Below are positions 29,603 to 38,988 of a stretch of 56,834 nt of DNA, piece by piece. The DNA is taken from assembly GCA_016783825.1 (NCBI GenBank), contig JADHVV010000005.1, positions 1 through 56,834 on the forward strand, in the 5' to 3' direction. Below the pieces are notes generated by a model, which ran no database searches, was not told the origin of the DNA, and worked only from the letters and a program-made list of their open reading frames with translations. This DNA comes from Candidatus Zhuqueibacterota bacterium (lineage in GTDB: Bacteria; Zhuqueibacterota; Zhuqueibacteria; Thermofontimicrobiales; Thermofontimicrobiaceae). The position numbers and the translations under genes are program-made. Each line of letters begins with the position of its first letter. Positions within the stretch are counted from its first letter, which is position 1.

Positions 29603-30148
29603 TTATGTTAAAAACGCAGCCACATCATCAATAAAATCTTTATTAATTAACCCTTTTTCAAAAGCATTTTGAATCATGCGTTTGGGAATTTTTCCTTGTT
29701 TCAAAGCTTTCATGGTTTGAAGCTGCATGGTGCCAAAAATTTGGGCAAGATTCAAATATTGTACACAGAAACTCTGGCACGAGCCGCAACGAATGCATCG
29801 CAAACCACCATTTTTCAAAAAGCGATCGTAATCACTGACACGAGCTGCTACTACCAACTCTGCCTGAAATGCAATCCCAACAGGACACTTATCCTGTGTG
29901 CCGTAACAAGCACGGCATTCGTAACAATAGATAGTCTGCGGATTTTTATTAACGACAGCTTTTCCAACATCAACCGCCAAAACAGCAGCAATCCCAAACA
30001 TCGCTGTCCGATTTAGATTTTTGGTTAAAGCACGATCATCAACGTTAGTGAAAAATTGGAAGCGTCGAATGCCAGGCATAACAATTGGTTGATCTTCGTC
30101 GCTGCGGACACCGATTTTTGTTTTTTTATTTTCTTCTTTTTCTTTCAT
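29603..30148 (-). CDS. HdrC-like Fe-S protein
   Basis: CYECRAC....CP and CIRCGSCQSFC. Confidence 0.75.
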   Translation of the reverse strand: MKEKEENKKTKIGVRSDEDQPIVMPGIRRFQFFTNVDDRALTKNLNRTAMFGIAAVLAVDVGKAVVNKNPQTIYCYECRACYGTQDKCPVGIAFQAELVVAARVSDYDRFLKNGGLRCIRCGSCQSFCVQYLNLAQIFGTMQLQTMKALKQGKIPKRMIQNAFEKGLINKDFIDDVAAFLT

Positions 30149-30197
30149 TGTTTTTTGAGTGTATTAAAATTATATTTTTTAATAAAGATAAACTCTC

Positions 30198-30686
30198 TTA
30201 ATTCTCATTGGCAATTTCTAAAATTCGTGAATACAATTTTTCACTAATCCAGAAACCTGCTCTCTTTTTTAAATCATCCAACAATGGTTTAATATTACCT
30301 ACCATACCATTAGATTTTGCATCTATTAATAAACCTAATAATCCAACATATTTTAGATTAAATCGCGAGGCGACTTTACGACCAATTTTTTCATCAATTA
30401 ACAATAAATCTGCATTCAACTCTTTTGCAAGTGCGATTGCTTCGGCTTCACCATCGTCTAATTCAAGTTGAAATGCTTTTACTAATGACTTATTTGATAC
30501 TTTTTTTGTAGTTATCCAATCATATTTTCTAACTTCATTCGCGCCAGGTTGTCCAGCTCCAATTATAACTATTTCATGATACACAGCTTCTGCAATAATG
30601 ATATTCCCAAAGAGCTTGTGTAGTATATCAAGTCTATCTATAGCTGCAAGATTTATTATTGGAGATGTATTACTCACAATTATCAC
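30198..30686 (-). CDS. DUF3368 PIN-domain toxin-like protein
   Basis: VSNTSPII.L, LDDGEAEAIALA, LLIDE..GR. Confidence 0.9.
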   Translation of the reverse strand: MIIVSNTSPIINLAAIDRLDILHKLFGNIIIAEAVYHEIVIIGAGQPGANEVRKYDWITTKKVSNKSLVKAFQLELDDGEAEAIALAKELNADLLLIDEKIGRKVASRFNLKYVGLLGLLIDAKSNGMVGNIKPLLDDLKKRAGFWISEKLYSRILEIANEN

Positions 30687-30928
30687 AGTCGCCCAAGCTC
30701 CTTTAATGTCGCTATATCATCCTTTAAATCATTTTCATCATAATGCAAAGGAATTTGACGAGCTGAAATAAGATGTTGAAATTGAAATTGACTCACATCA
30801 GCCAACCGACTGGCTTGTCCTAATGTTAATTTCTCTTTTTGAAAAAGCATTATGGCTATTTCTTGAGTCAATTCTGGAATTGTCATTCGAGTAGATTGAA
30901 TTATTTCATCGGGAATAGTTAAACTCAT
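30683..30928 (-). CDS. UPF0175-family antitoxin-like protein
   Basis: EIAI.LFQ..KLTLGQASRLA....FQ.......IP.HYD. Confidence 0.9.
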   Translation of the reverse strand: MSLTIPDEIIQSTRMTIPELTQEIAIMLFQKEKLTLGQASRLADVSQFQFQHLISARQIPLHYDENDLKDDIATLKELGRL

Positions 30929-30953
30929 TTTTATTATCCTTTATTTTACTGCC

Positions 30954-31006
30954 ACTGCCACTGCTACTTTTTGAATGGTACTGATAAATTTATTTAAAAA
31001 CTTTTG
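30954..31006. repeat. 53-bp direct repeat, copy 2
   Basis: Matches 18037-18089. Confidence 0.8.
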
Positions 31007-31037
31007 CCAAAAAAACTAAAATTGAACTGACAACAGA

Positions 31038-31190
31038 TTACCTCGGCAACATCATCGCCATTAAAAATCCAGCAATCAAGCCTCCAGCCGCACCCTGTAA
31101 TAACTCTTTCGGGGTTTTCATGTCCATGGCATAGGCAATAATTACACCTGACAGAGCCCCTGCAAATAAAAATGATAATATCGTTAACAC
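31038..31190 (-). CDS. 50-aa two-helix membrane peptide homologous to the C-terminus of the upstream 563-aa protein (small gene or remnant)
   Basis: GTG start after AAGGA; LSFLFAGALSGVIIAYA...LLQGAAGGLIAGFLMAMMLPR versus IYFLFSGGIAGAVLAFA...IIQGFVGGVFAAFLIGVMIPK. Confidence 0.6.
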   Translation of the reverse strand: MLTILSFLFAGALSGVIIAYAMDMKTPKELLQGAAGGLIAGFLMAMMLPR

Positions 31191-31206
31191 AAATAAATTC
31201 CTTCTA

Positions 31207-32898
31207 TTATGCTGTTTTTCTCACTACTGAAAGTGTTTTGGGAATCATTACCCCAATTAAAAATGCCGCAAAAACACCACCGACGAATCCCTGGATAATT
31301 TCAAGATATTGCAATTCGTAAACTGCAAAAGCGAGCACTGCACCGGCAATTCCACCACTGAATAAAAAATAGATCAACTGCAGCCGCCAATTTTTTTTAT
31401 TGTTATTGGAGACCATTTTGCTCATAAGTGACATCATCCCAATTGATACACCGATAATGACAAATGTGTATAAAATTATAGTAACTATATTTTGTGAAAA
31501 TTCAGGGTTATTGGGAGAAAAAACTGTAAAATTCATAAATTTCATATAAAGTGCTGCCAGTGGCGCCATAATTGCCATCGAAGTATAAGTATAGGCGCCT
31601 TTGATGAATCCTGATTCTGCCCGCATTTGTCCTTCTCCCATCGTGCCACCACCGCCAAGTGGTGATGGACCGCAGGATGTTGTTGCATTAATCATGTAAG
31701 CAGCCATCACAATCGCTAATTGAGGCCAGGTCAGCAAATTAAATTTTGCCGGACCAAAAAGGTACAAAACAGGAACCAATGCTGCCGTTAAAATTCGAGA
31801 ACAGGAAAGCGGTAAAATCGTTTGCATTTGGACAAAGATAGCTAACATTCCTGCGACGCCAAGGATTTGTATGGTGGAAAGACTTTTCAGAAGCACCCCA
31901 AGTGCATCAAAACCGCCAGTGGCTGCCAGCGCACCTGCTGCCATAAATCCCGAAGCCATTGCCGTAACAGGCAGCAGAATAATCCCGTTCATCAAATCCT
32001 GAATTTTAGCCTGACAAAAAATAATAATAAAAATTCCGCCTGCTACGAGTATGGTTTGTACTGGCATCGCTTTTCCAAAAGGTTGAAAAATCGCAATCAT
32101 TAATGATGCGACAAAGATGAAAAGCGATAAATATCCTCGGAACGGAGCGGTTACTTTTGGCAAAGTAATCTTATCGGTCTCTTCTGAATTTTCTGGTTTG
32201 TCACGTAAGGTCACATCATCAGGATATAATTTTTCAGAAATGAATTTTATAAAAAGGGCGGTTACAGCAGTTCCTATCATCAGAGCAAACGCCTGGGGAG
32301 ATCGCAAAATTCCATCGCTGGCAGTTGGGAAAAACGCGCCGAGAAATCCTTCGCCAATTTGCCCCACGCCGCCGATGGGAGATGGACCGCATGAACCCAT
32401 TGCATTACGTGTAAAAGCTGCAATGAGAACCACAAGTTGAGTTTTTGTTAAAATGCCCATTCCGCCTTCATAACCAAACGAGAATAATAAAGGCAGAAGC
32501 GCAGCAGCGATAATTCTTCCACATGGCAATGAAGCGATCACAGGCAAATTTATGAGTATCACCACAGTCCCTGCTAATCCGATGGGCGACTTTTTTAATT
32601 TATCGATGATAACTTTCAGCGCATCAAATCCCTGTGTGGCATCAAGCGCGCCCGCTAAAAACAATCCTCCCAACAGCGCCGTAATCGGATGTAAGATGAT
32701 CCCTCCGATCATCTCATTGGGTAGCAGTACAGCGCTGTTAAATCCTTCCGTCATAAACCTGAAAATAGCGCCGATGATTAAACACACAAAACTCACTAAT
32801 ACAAGAACAGTCTGAACTGGTAGATTTATTTTCCTGAACAAAGTCAGGACCATGGTTACAATAAAAATCGTTAAAGTAATATATCCTAAATATTCCAC
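31207..32898 (-). CDS. Polytopic membrane protein with internal duplication (transporter-like)
   Basis: Highly hydrophobic; repeated AGAL.AT.GFDAL, L.C.RI..AAL.P and SCGPSP.GG.G..GEG. Confidence 0.75.
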   Translation of the reverse strand: MEYLGYITLTIFIVTMVLTLFRKINLPVQTVLVLVSFVCLIIGAIFRFMTEGFNSAVLLPNEMIGGIILHPITALLGGLFLAGALDATQGFDALKVIIDKLKKSPIGLAGTVVILINLPVIASLPCGRIIAAALLPLLFSFGYEGGMGILTKTQLVVLIAAFTRNAMGSCGPSPIGGVGQIGEGFLGAFFPTASDGILRSPQAFALMIGTAVTALFIKFISEKLYPDDVTLRDKPENSEETDKITLPKVTAPFRGYLSLFIFVASLMIAIFQPFGKAMPVQTILVAGGIFIIIFCQAKIQDLMNGIILLPVTAMASGFMAAGALAATGGFDALGVLLKSLSTIQILGVAGMLAIFVQMQTILPLSCSRILTAALVPVLYLFGPAKFNLLTWPQLAIVMAAYMINATTSCGPSPLGGGGTMGEGQMRAESGFIKGAYTYTSMAIMAPLAALYMKFMNFTVFSPNNPEFSQNIVTIILYTFVIIGVSIGMMSLMSKMVSNNNKKNWRLQLIYFLFSGGIAGAVLAFAVYELQYLEIIQGFVGGVFAAFLIGVMIPKTLSVVRKTA

Positions 32899-32970
32899 CT
32901 ATTCCTCTTTTCGTTATAAAAGAATTGCCACGAAGACACGAAGTTCAATAACTTAATCTTACGAATCAAT

Positions 32971-33092
32971 GTCATTCCGGCAATCCTGTACAGTTACATT
33001 ATAAAAAAAAACAAGGAAATACAGACTGTGCTTTTAGCCGGAATCTCTTGTATTTATTAAGGAGATTCCCGCTAAAAACATGCGGGAATGAC
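32971..33092. repeat. REP-like GTCATTCC...GGAATGAC element with a 47-bp insert in its first loop
   Basis: Insert 32985-33031 is an inverted copy of 18132-18175. Confidence 0.75.
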
Positions 33093-33126
33093 AGCCGTAG
33101 TGTGACACTCATTCGGTGTACGATGC

Positions 33127-33453
33127 CTAAATATTTTTACAAGCAGAAATTTTTCTTTTCAACCTGAACGGTAAATTTATTTGATATTTCCCTTTCGCAT
33201 AAATAAGATAAACTTCATCGCCAACATTAAAATCACCAAGACACACCGTGCACTTAAACGCTTCAGCATCTACCTCTCTGCCATCTGTCAATCTTACCTT
33301 CATTTGTCCTGAAATCGAATTTTCAATTCCCAAAAGTGATGGATAAATATAAACAACTTCACCCTTGATGTAATGGCGAGCCCGATATATTTCCACCGCA
33401 ATAAAAAATATAATCAAAGCAATAAATGTATAAAATACAATTAGGTCATGCAT
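33127..33453 (-). CDS. Small membrane-anchored protein with CxxC
   Basis: N-terminal TM helix, CTVC, co-directional in the cluster. Confidence 0.65.
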   Translation of the reverse strand: MHDLIVFYTFIALIIFFIAVEIYRARHYIKGEVVYIYPSLLGIENSISGQMKVRLTDGREVDAEAFKCTVCLGDFNVGDEVYLIYAKGKYQINLPFRLKRKISACKNI

Positions 33454-33484
33454 CAGGAGTATTTTTCCCTTTGTTAAAATTTTA

Positions 33485-33653
33485 GTAACTGTTCAGTTGT
33501 TGGTGAATAAATGTCATTCTGAACGAGGGATGTGATTGGGGATGATGGGAAGTGAAGAATCTCACAGTATACTAGAAAATGTAGAATAATTGTGGAGATT
33601 CTTCGGTCGCAAGCTCCCTCAGAATGACATTTAAGACCACGCTGAACAGTTAT
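33485..33653. mobile_element. MITE with 8-bp TSD carrying a REP-like palindrome
   Basis: GTAACTGTTCAG / CTGAACAGTTAT; AAATTTTA on both flanks; inner element 33513-33628. Confidence 0.75.
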
Positions 33654-33782
33654 AAATTTTATTTATTTTGAAGGAGTATTGGATTAATGGAGTTTTGCAT
33701 ATTAAAATCTCACTCTATTCACAATACTCCAATAATCCATCACTCTATTTCTCCCCGCCAAAAAAATTAGATTTTATAAAAG

Positions 33783-34754
33783 TTATGATTCCCACTTTGT
33801 GATTAAAACTTGTTTTAATTCTGCATCAACAATATAGAATGTATTTTCTGAATTAATTTGAAGAGTCGTGGGCTTTTTCAATCCATCTGTCTTTGCACTG
33901 ATGAATTTTCCATCAGGACTAAATTTTTGAATACGGCTGTTTAAAGAATCGCAGACATAAATATTTTGTTTTGTATCGATCGCTATTCCTTCAGGCGTAT
34001 TGAATTGTCCATCACTGCTACCCAGTTCACCAAATCTGAATAAAAATCGTCCTTCCGAATCCAGCACTTTCACCTGACCATGTTTGCTGTCAACGACATA
34101 AATTTTCCCATCATTTGATGTAACAACATCTGTTGGCAGCCGAAAATGGTAATCCAAACTTCCTTCAAACAAATCTTTCGGATCATCACCCAGATCACCA
34201 TACTTTGCAATTAAACGAAACGTGTTTTTTTCATAAACTGCAATGAAATGGTTTCGGGTATTGCAGACATAGATTTTATCCGTAATATGAATCCCTTTTG
34301 GCGTGTAAAAAGCATCAGGATATCCGCCTATTTTTCCAAACGAAGTTTTGTAATTTCCATCAAGATCGTAAATGGAAACTCTGCCATTATTTGAATCCAT
34401 CACGTATATCAAACCGTTTTCATCAATACCCAATCCCTGGGGATAATTAAAAGCTCCTTCCCTGCTGCCTGGCTTGCCAATAGATTTTAAAAGCGTGCCA
34501 TTGCGATCAAATATTTTCAAACAATATCCTGCCGCATCGGAAACATAAATTCGACCATCGGCGCCAAGTGCAACACCGTAGGGCTCTTTAAAATCGATTA
34601 TATTTTTTGCGGTAATATTTGAATTGGATTGACTGAATATAGATTTGGTGAAAGTAAAGCTAACGGCTGATGCAGCGCTTACAGCGATGCTTTTTTTCAG
34701 GAATTGTCTTCGCGATAAAGTTTTCTTCGGGGAAACTTCTGTATTTTTTTTCAT
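33783..34754 (-). CDS. Tat-exported NHL-repeat beta-propeller protein
   Basis: SRRQFLK; repeated F..P.G...D..G.IYV.D..N.R. Confidence 0.9.
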   Translation of the reverse strand: MKKNTEVSPKKTLSRRQFLKKSIAVSAASAVSFTFTKSIFSQSNSNITAKNIIDFKEPYGVALGADGRIYVSDAAGYCLKIFDRNGTLLKSIGKPGSREGAFNYPQGLGIDENGLIYVMDSNNGRVSIYDLDGNYKTSFGKIGGYPDAFYTPKGIHITDKIYVCNTRNHFIAVYEKNTFRLIAKYGDLGDDPKDLFEGSLDYHFRLPTDVVTSNDGKIYVVDSKHGQVKVLDSEGRFLFRFGELGSSDGQFNTPEGIAIDTKQNIYVCDSLNSRIQKFSPDGKFISAKTDGLKKPTTLQINSENTFYIVDAELKQVLITKWES

Positions 34755-34778
34755 CGGCTAAAAAGTTTCTTCTGTATT

Positions 34779-34835
34779 AAAAATAAAAAAAGACCATAAA
34801 ATTTGCATTTAGCTAATGCTTCATTTTATAGTCTT
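34779..34835 (-). terminator. Terminator-like hairpin in the 5' leader (possible attenuator)
   Basis: AAGACTATAAAA...TTTTATGGTCTT followed by a T tract, between promoter and first ATG. Confidence 0.6.
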
Positions 34836-34920
34836 CAAAGTTTATCCGTAATAAGATTGTGGACATTGTTGTTTATCTTGCCTAAAAAATATTCACTTTG
34901 ACATTTAATTTAAGGTCATT

Positions 34921-34949
34921 AATATAATCTAACAATAAATAAAAGTCAA
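34921..34949 (-). promoter_or_regulatory. Sigma70-like promoter of the respiratory cluster
   Basis: TTGACT-N17-TATATT; TGAC-N12-GTCA dyad at 34899-34918 near the predicted start site. Confidence 0.6.
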
Positions 34950-35048
34950 GTAAAAAAATAAATAAATGTGATTTTTCCAGGTCATCGTGCGCGATATTTT
35001 TAAAACATTAATAAACTTTATCCAAATACTGACAAAAAATACTTCAGC

Positions 35049-35618
35049 CTATATTACTAAATCATTTGTATTAGCACCTTCCATGGTTGCATTATCCAAT
35101 TGAGCCGGTTTCATAAAAGCGCCTGAAAGATTAGCATTATTCAAATTCGCATTACGAAGATCAGATCGTTCCAAATGTGCATTGGATAAGTTAGCGCCCT
35201 GAAAATTGGCATTCTTTAAATTGGAACGTTTTAACCTTCCTGTTGCCAAATCAGCTTTTTCAAAATTTGCGTTTTCACCCTGCACACCAAATAATTTAGC
35301 ATGAAAAAGGTTTGCTTCTTTAAAGCTGGTTTTTTCAAGATTCGTGTCCTGCAAATTCCCTTCAGCAATATTAGCCCGATCCAAACAAGCACCGGCTAAA
35401 TTTGCGCCAAACAGAAAAATGCTTTTCATTTGAGCATCGGCAAAGTTTGCACCTTCTAAATTCGCATTTTGCAAATGAGCGTCAGATAAATTAGCTCCTG
35501 AAAAATCTGCGCCCTTAAAACTCTCATACGACAAATCAATGCCAGACAGGTCCAAATCTTTAAATGATTCCCCTTGCTCATATTTTTTAAAAATCTCTTC
35601 ACGAGATAATTGTGACAT
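35049..35618 (-). CDS. Pentapeptide repeat protein
   Basis: Tandem A(N/D)LxxA repeats. Confidence 0.92.
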   Translation of the reverse strand: MSQLSREEIFKKYEQGESFKDLDLSGIDLSYESFKGADFSGANLSDAHLQNANLEGANFADAQMKSIFLFGANLAGACLDRANIAEGNLQDTNLEKTSFKEANLFHAKLFGVQGENANFEKADLATGRLKRSNLKNANFQGANLSNAHLERSDLRNANLNNANLSGAFMKPAQLDNATMEGANTNDLVI

Positions 35619-35643
35619 ACTTATTCTCCTTAAATAAACTCAA

Positions 35644-35856
35644 TCTGGACGAGCCAGTTCAAATTAGATGAAAAAACTAAGTAAATGAAGTGAGTGTTTT
35701 ATACCAGTCAAAAAGGTAATTTGGTAATTAGTTTATTGGGTAATTAGGAATTCATAATGCTGATAAATTTTATATTACCAAATTTCCCAATTACCTTTCA
35801 AATGCTTTTATTTTATTCAGTATTTTATTTGGCTCGATTATAAAATGTCCCCCGGT
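35644..35856. repeat. Third copy of the CTGGAC-headed GGTAATT element
   Basis: GGTAATTAGTTTATTGGGTAATT...ATTACCAAATTTCCCAATTACC. Confidence 0.7.
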
Positions 35857-35862
35857 TATGAA

Positions 35863-36198
35863 CTAATAACTGTTAACAGCCTCATCAATTGATTCAAAGG
35901 ATGAAAAAACAGATTCCAGTTTTGTTATCTCAAGTGTTCTTCTGACTCTATCCGACACATTTGCCAACCTCATATCGCCGCCGCTGCTTCTTATTGTTGT
36001 TAATCCACTGATTAAAAGACCCAAGCCGGAACTGTTCATCCAGTTAACATTTGCTAAATCGATTACAATGTTAACGGTATCATTTTCAATTGCATCGTAA
36101 ATAATGTTCCGAAAATCTCCGGATTCAGCGCCTCCCATAATATCTCCATTCAGTTCGACAATTAAAACATTGTCAATTTTGCGTGTATTCATTTCCAT
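35863..36198 (-). CDS. STAS-domain anti-sigma factor antagonist
   Basis: DLANVNWMNSSGLG.L; GGAGG RBS before ATG at 36198. Confidence 0.9.
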   Translation of the reverse strand: MEMNTRKIDNVLIVELNGDIMGGAESGDFRNIIYDAIENDTVNIVIDLANVNWMNSSGLGLLISGLTTIRSSGGDMRLANVSDRVRRTLEITKLESVFSSFESIDEAVNSY

Positions 36199-36218
36199 AA
36201 AAATTTCCTCCAAGCTCA

Positions 36219-37442
36219 TTATTCATATCTTAAAGCAACAATCGGATCCAATCGAGCCGCTTTTGCTGCCGGATAAATACCAAAAAATAATCCTACAACT
36301 GAACAAAAACCTACCCCCAAAAATATCGCCCAAATAGGAATTGCAGTTGGTAATGGTGTAACAGCTCCAATAAAAACACCAATTAATACGCCAAAAATAA
36401 TGCCAAGAAAACCGCCTAAATTTCCTAAAATTACTGCTTCGGTAATGAACTGCCATAAAATATCACGTCGTTTTGCGCCAATTGATTTTCTTATTCCAAT
36501 TTCCCGTGTTCTTTCTGTAACTGAAACCAACATAATATTCATTATCCCGATCCCCCCAACAAGCAACGAGATAAACGCTATCCCGATCGCTGCAATTTTT
36601 ACATATCGCGACATATCATTAAAGGTATCAATTAAAGATTCACTTGTGAAAATTTCAAAATCATTGGGTTTACCGGGTAGCACTTTCCGAACAGCACGCA
36701 AAACCCCTGTAACCTGGTCAATCGCTTCATTCATCCGGGAAGGATCTTTCACTTGCACTGTAATATGTAAACTTCTTTTTTCGCCAAATATTTTATGAAA
36801 TGTTGTTATCGGAATTAATACACGATTATCTTTGCTTTGCCCAAAAGAACTTCCCTGCTTTTCCACTGTTCCAATCACTTTAAACTTATTCGCTCCAATT
36901 CGGACATATTGTCCAAGTGGGCTTGTGTGGGGAAATAGTATCTCAACAATATCGAGTCCAAGAACTACGACTGATCGATTAAATTCAACATCGATTTCAT
37001 TAACAAATCTTCCTTCATCAGCAAAATAGTTATTGGCAGCCTGAAATTCCGGAGTTACACCAACAGTCAGTACATCAGGATTTGTCTTTTTATCTTTATA
37101 TTTAATAACCTGCCCCCAATTCCAGGTTTCCGGTCCAACCGATTGTACAAGAGATGCATATTCTTTTATGGCATAGGCATGATCTAAAGTCAATATTTTT
37201 CGATTTCTGTATTTTTCATCAAGATGCCCCATTTGAATCGCCGGATTCTTTTGAACTTGAAAAGTATTTGAACCCAAAACGCTCAACTCATTCACCATAA
37301 AATTCTGCAGTCCCTGGATGATTGACATCATTCCGATAATTGTAGTTACCCCAATAATAATGCCCAGTGTTGTTAACGCCGACCGCATTTTATTGGATCG
37401 TAATGCATCTAATGAAACTGATAAACTTTCTTTAAAATCCAT
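36219..37442 (-). CDS. MacB/FtsX-type ABC permease
   Basis: [44 protein letters not shown]. Confidence 0.93.
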   Translation of the reverse strand: MDFKESLSVSLDALRSNKMRSALTTLGIIIGVTTIIGMMSIIQGLQNFMVNELSVLGSNTFQVQKNPAIQMGHLDEKYRNRKILTLDHAYAIKEYASLVQSVGPETWNWGQVIKYKDKKTNPDVLTVGVTPEFQAANNYFADEGRFVNEIDVEFNRSVVVLGLDIVEILFPHTSPLGQYVRIGANKFKVIGTVEKQGSSFGQSKDNRVLIPITTFHKIFGEKRSLHITVQVKDPSRMNEAIDQVTGVLRAVRKVLPGKPNDFEIFTSESLIDTFNDMSRYVKIAAIGIAFISLLVGGIGIMNIMLVSVTERTREIGIRKSIGAKRRDILWQFITEAVILGNLGGFLGIIFGVLIGVFIGAVTPLPTAIPIWAIFLGVGFCSVVGLFFGIYPAAKAARLDPIVALRYE

Positions 37443-37562
37443 AAACTTGTTTTTATTTTAAGTAAGAAGTTTAGTTTTTTTGCATGGCGCATAGTGCAAG
37501 GCGCATGGCGTTTGGTTTAAAATACATCCCTACTGTGCGCCAAGCCCTCTGCGCCATGCCCA

Positions 37563-38792
37563 TCATTCATACCTCAACGCCTCAATCGGATCTAACTTCG
37601 CCGCTTTATAGGCTGGATAAATGCCAAAAAATAGTCCCACCATGCTAATGAAAATTATTCCGATCAGTACAGAAACTATCGAGACAGAGGCAGATAAAAA
37701 TGTAGCAGAGGCAACCAATTTCGCTAATAAAAAACCACAAATAATACCAATAATTCCCCCGACTGCGCTTATTGCTACAGATTCAATTAGAAATTGCCAG
37801 AGAATATCCCTTTTGCGTGCCCCGAGCGCTTTTCTGATACCGATTTCACGTGTTCGTTCAGTAACAGAAACCAGGAGAATATTCATAATTCCAATTCCAC
37901 CAACAATTAGCGCGATTGCGCCGACTCCAAAAGCAACAGCATACAGGGCAGTTGTTAAACTCATATATAATTCCGCAATCATATCTTGCTGATTAATGGC
38001 AAAATCGTTGTCTTCACCGGGCGGTACTTTTCTCACTCTTCGCAAAATTCCTGTTATCTCATCCTTTGCTTCATCAATGAGTTCCGGTGAAGCAACTTTC
38101 ACTTCAATGGTAATCCATCTCCGCGAACCGTATAATTTTTGAAACAATCCGATGGGAATAACTATTTCTGTATCCAAATTATGTCCAAAAATACTGCCGC
38201 GTTTTTCTAATACACCAATTACACGGAATTTATACGAACCGATGCTTATCCTTCTGCTAAGAGGACTAACATTTTTAAACAATTTGTCTGCTATTTCCCA
38301 CCCGATAATGCAGACATTTCGGCGATGTTTTACATCCCCTGCAGAAAGATTTCGCCCGTATTCCGGGTTGATGTTGGAAGTGATTGCATACTCATCATTT
38401 GTGCCGATTACAACTATATTTGATAACTTTTCACTTTTATATTTTACTGTTCGGCGAGTGCCCACGGTTGGCGCTACAGCTTTCACCAATGTGGCGTGTT
38501 CTTTGATAGCGTTTCCTTCTCTCTTTAACGTAATGTCTTTCCTATTTCGCGCCTCTATCCAATCGGTTCGCGACATCCATGAAAATTTTCCAACATACAA
38601 TGTGTCTGAACCCAATGCAGAAATTGAAGTATAAAATGCATCGTTCAGTCCCTGGATAATTGAATGAATCCCGATCACGGTAGTGATGCCAATAACGATA
38701 CCCAGCGTTGTGAGCAAAGAACGCATTTTATTTGCTCTCAAAGCCTGAAAGGCAATTTTAATTCCTTCCCAAATGTCGGTAAATAGTCTCAT
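37563..38792 (-). CDS. MacB/FtsX-type ABC permease (paralog)
   Basis: Same signature motifs. Confidence 0.93.
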   Translation of the reverse strand: MRLFTDIWEGIKIAFQALRANKMRSLLTTLGIVIGITTVIGIHSIIQGLNDAFYTSISALGSDTLYVGKFSWMSRTDWIEARNRKDITLKREGNAIKEHATLVKAVAPTVGTRRTVKYKSEKLSNIVVIGTNDEYAITSNINPEYGRNLSAGDVKHRRNVCIIGWEIADKLFKNVSPLSRRISIGSYKFRVIGVLEKRGSIFGHNLDTEIVIPIGLFQKLYGSRRWITIEVKVASPELIDEAKDEITGILRRVRKVPPGEDNDFAINQQDMIAELYMSLTTALYAVAFGVGAIALIVGGIGIMNILLVSVTERTREIGIRKALGARKRDILWQFLIESVAISAVGGIIGIICGFLLAKLVASATFLSASVSIVSVLIGIIFISMVGLFFGIYPAYKAAKLDPIEALRYE

Positions 38793-38988
38793 AGTTTTTT
38801 GGTATATTTATGCCCTATGGGCTCCATGGTTCATTATTTGATGTTTTAAAAGGTCAAGGTTAAGATCGAGATTGAGAAAAAAAGTAATCTTAATTTCTTC
38901 TTGATCTCGACCTTGACCTTTTCTGTTTTCAAAATCAATTCGAGTATTTCATTTTAATACAACGATTTACATAAAATGGGAAGATGAA

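Noticed and set aside
29040-30960. attC sites for the other two TA pairs
   Set aside because: No RYYYAAC...GTTRRRY fold-back found after either toxin
34755-34914. Moco/tungsten riboswitch upstream of the molybdoenzyme cluster
   Set aside because: Expected conserved motifs not recognisable; kept only as a generic attenuator
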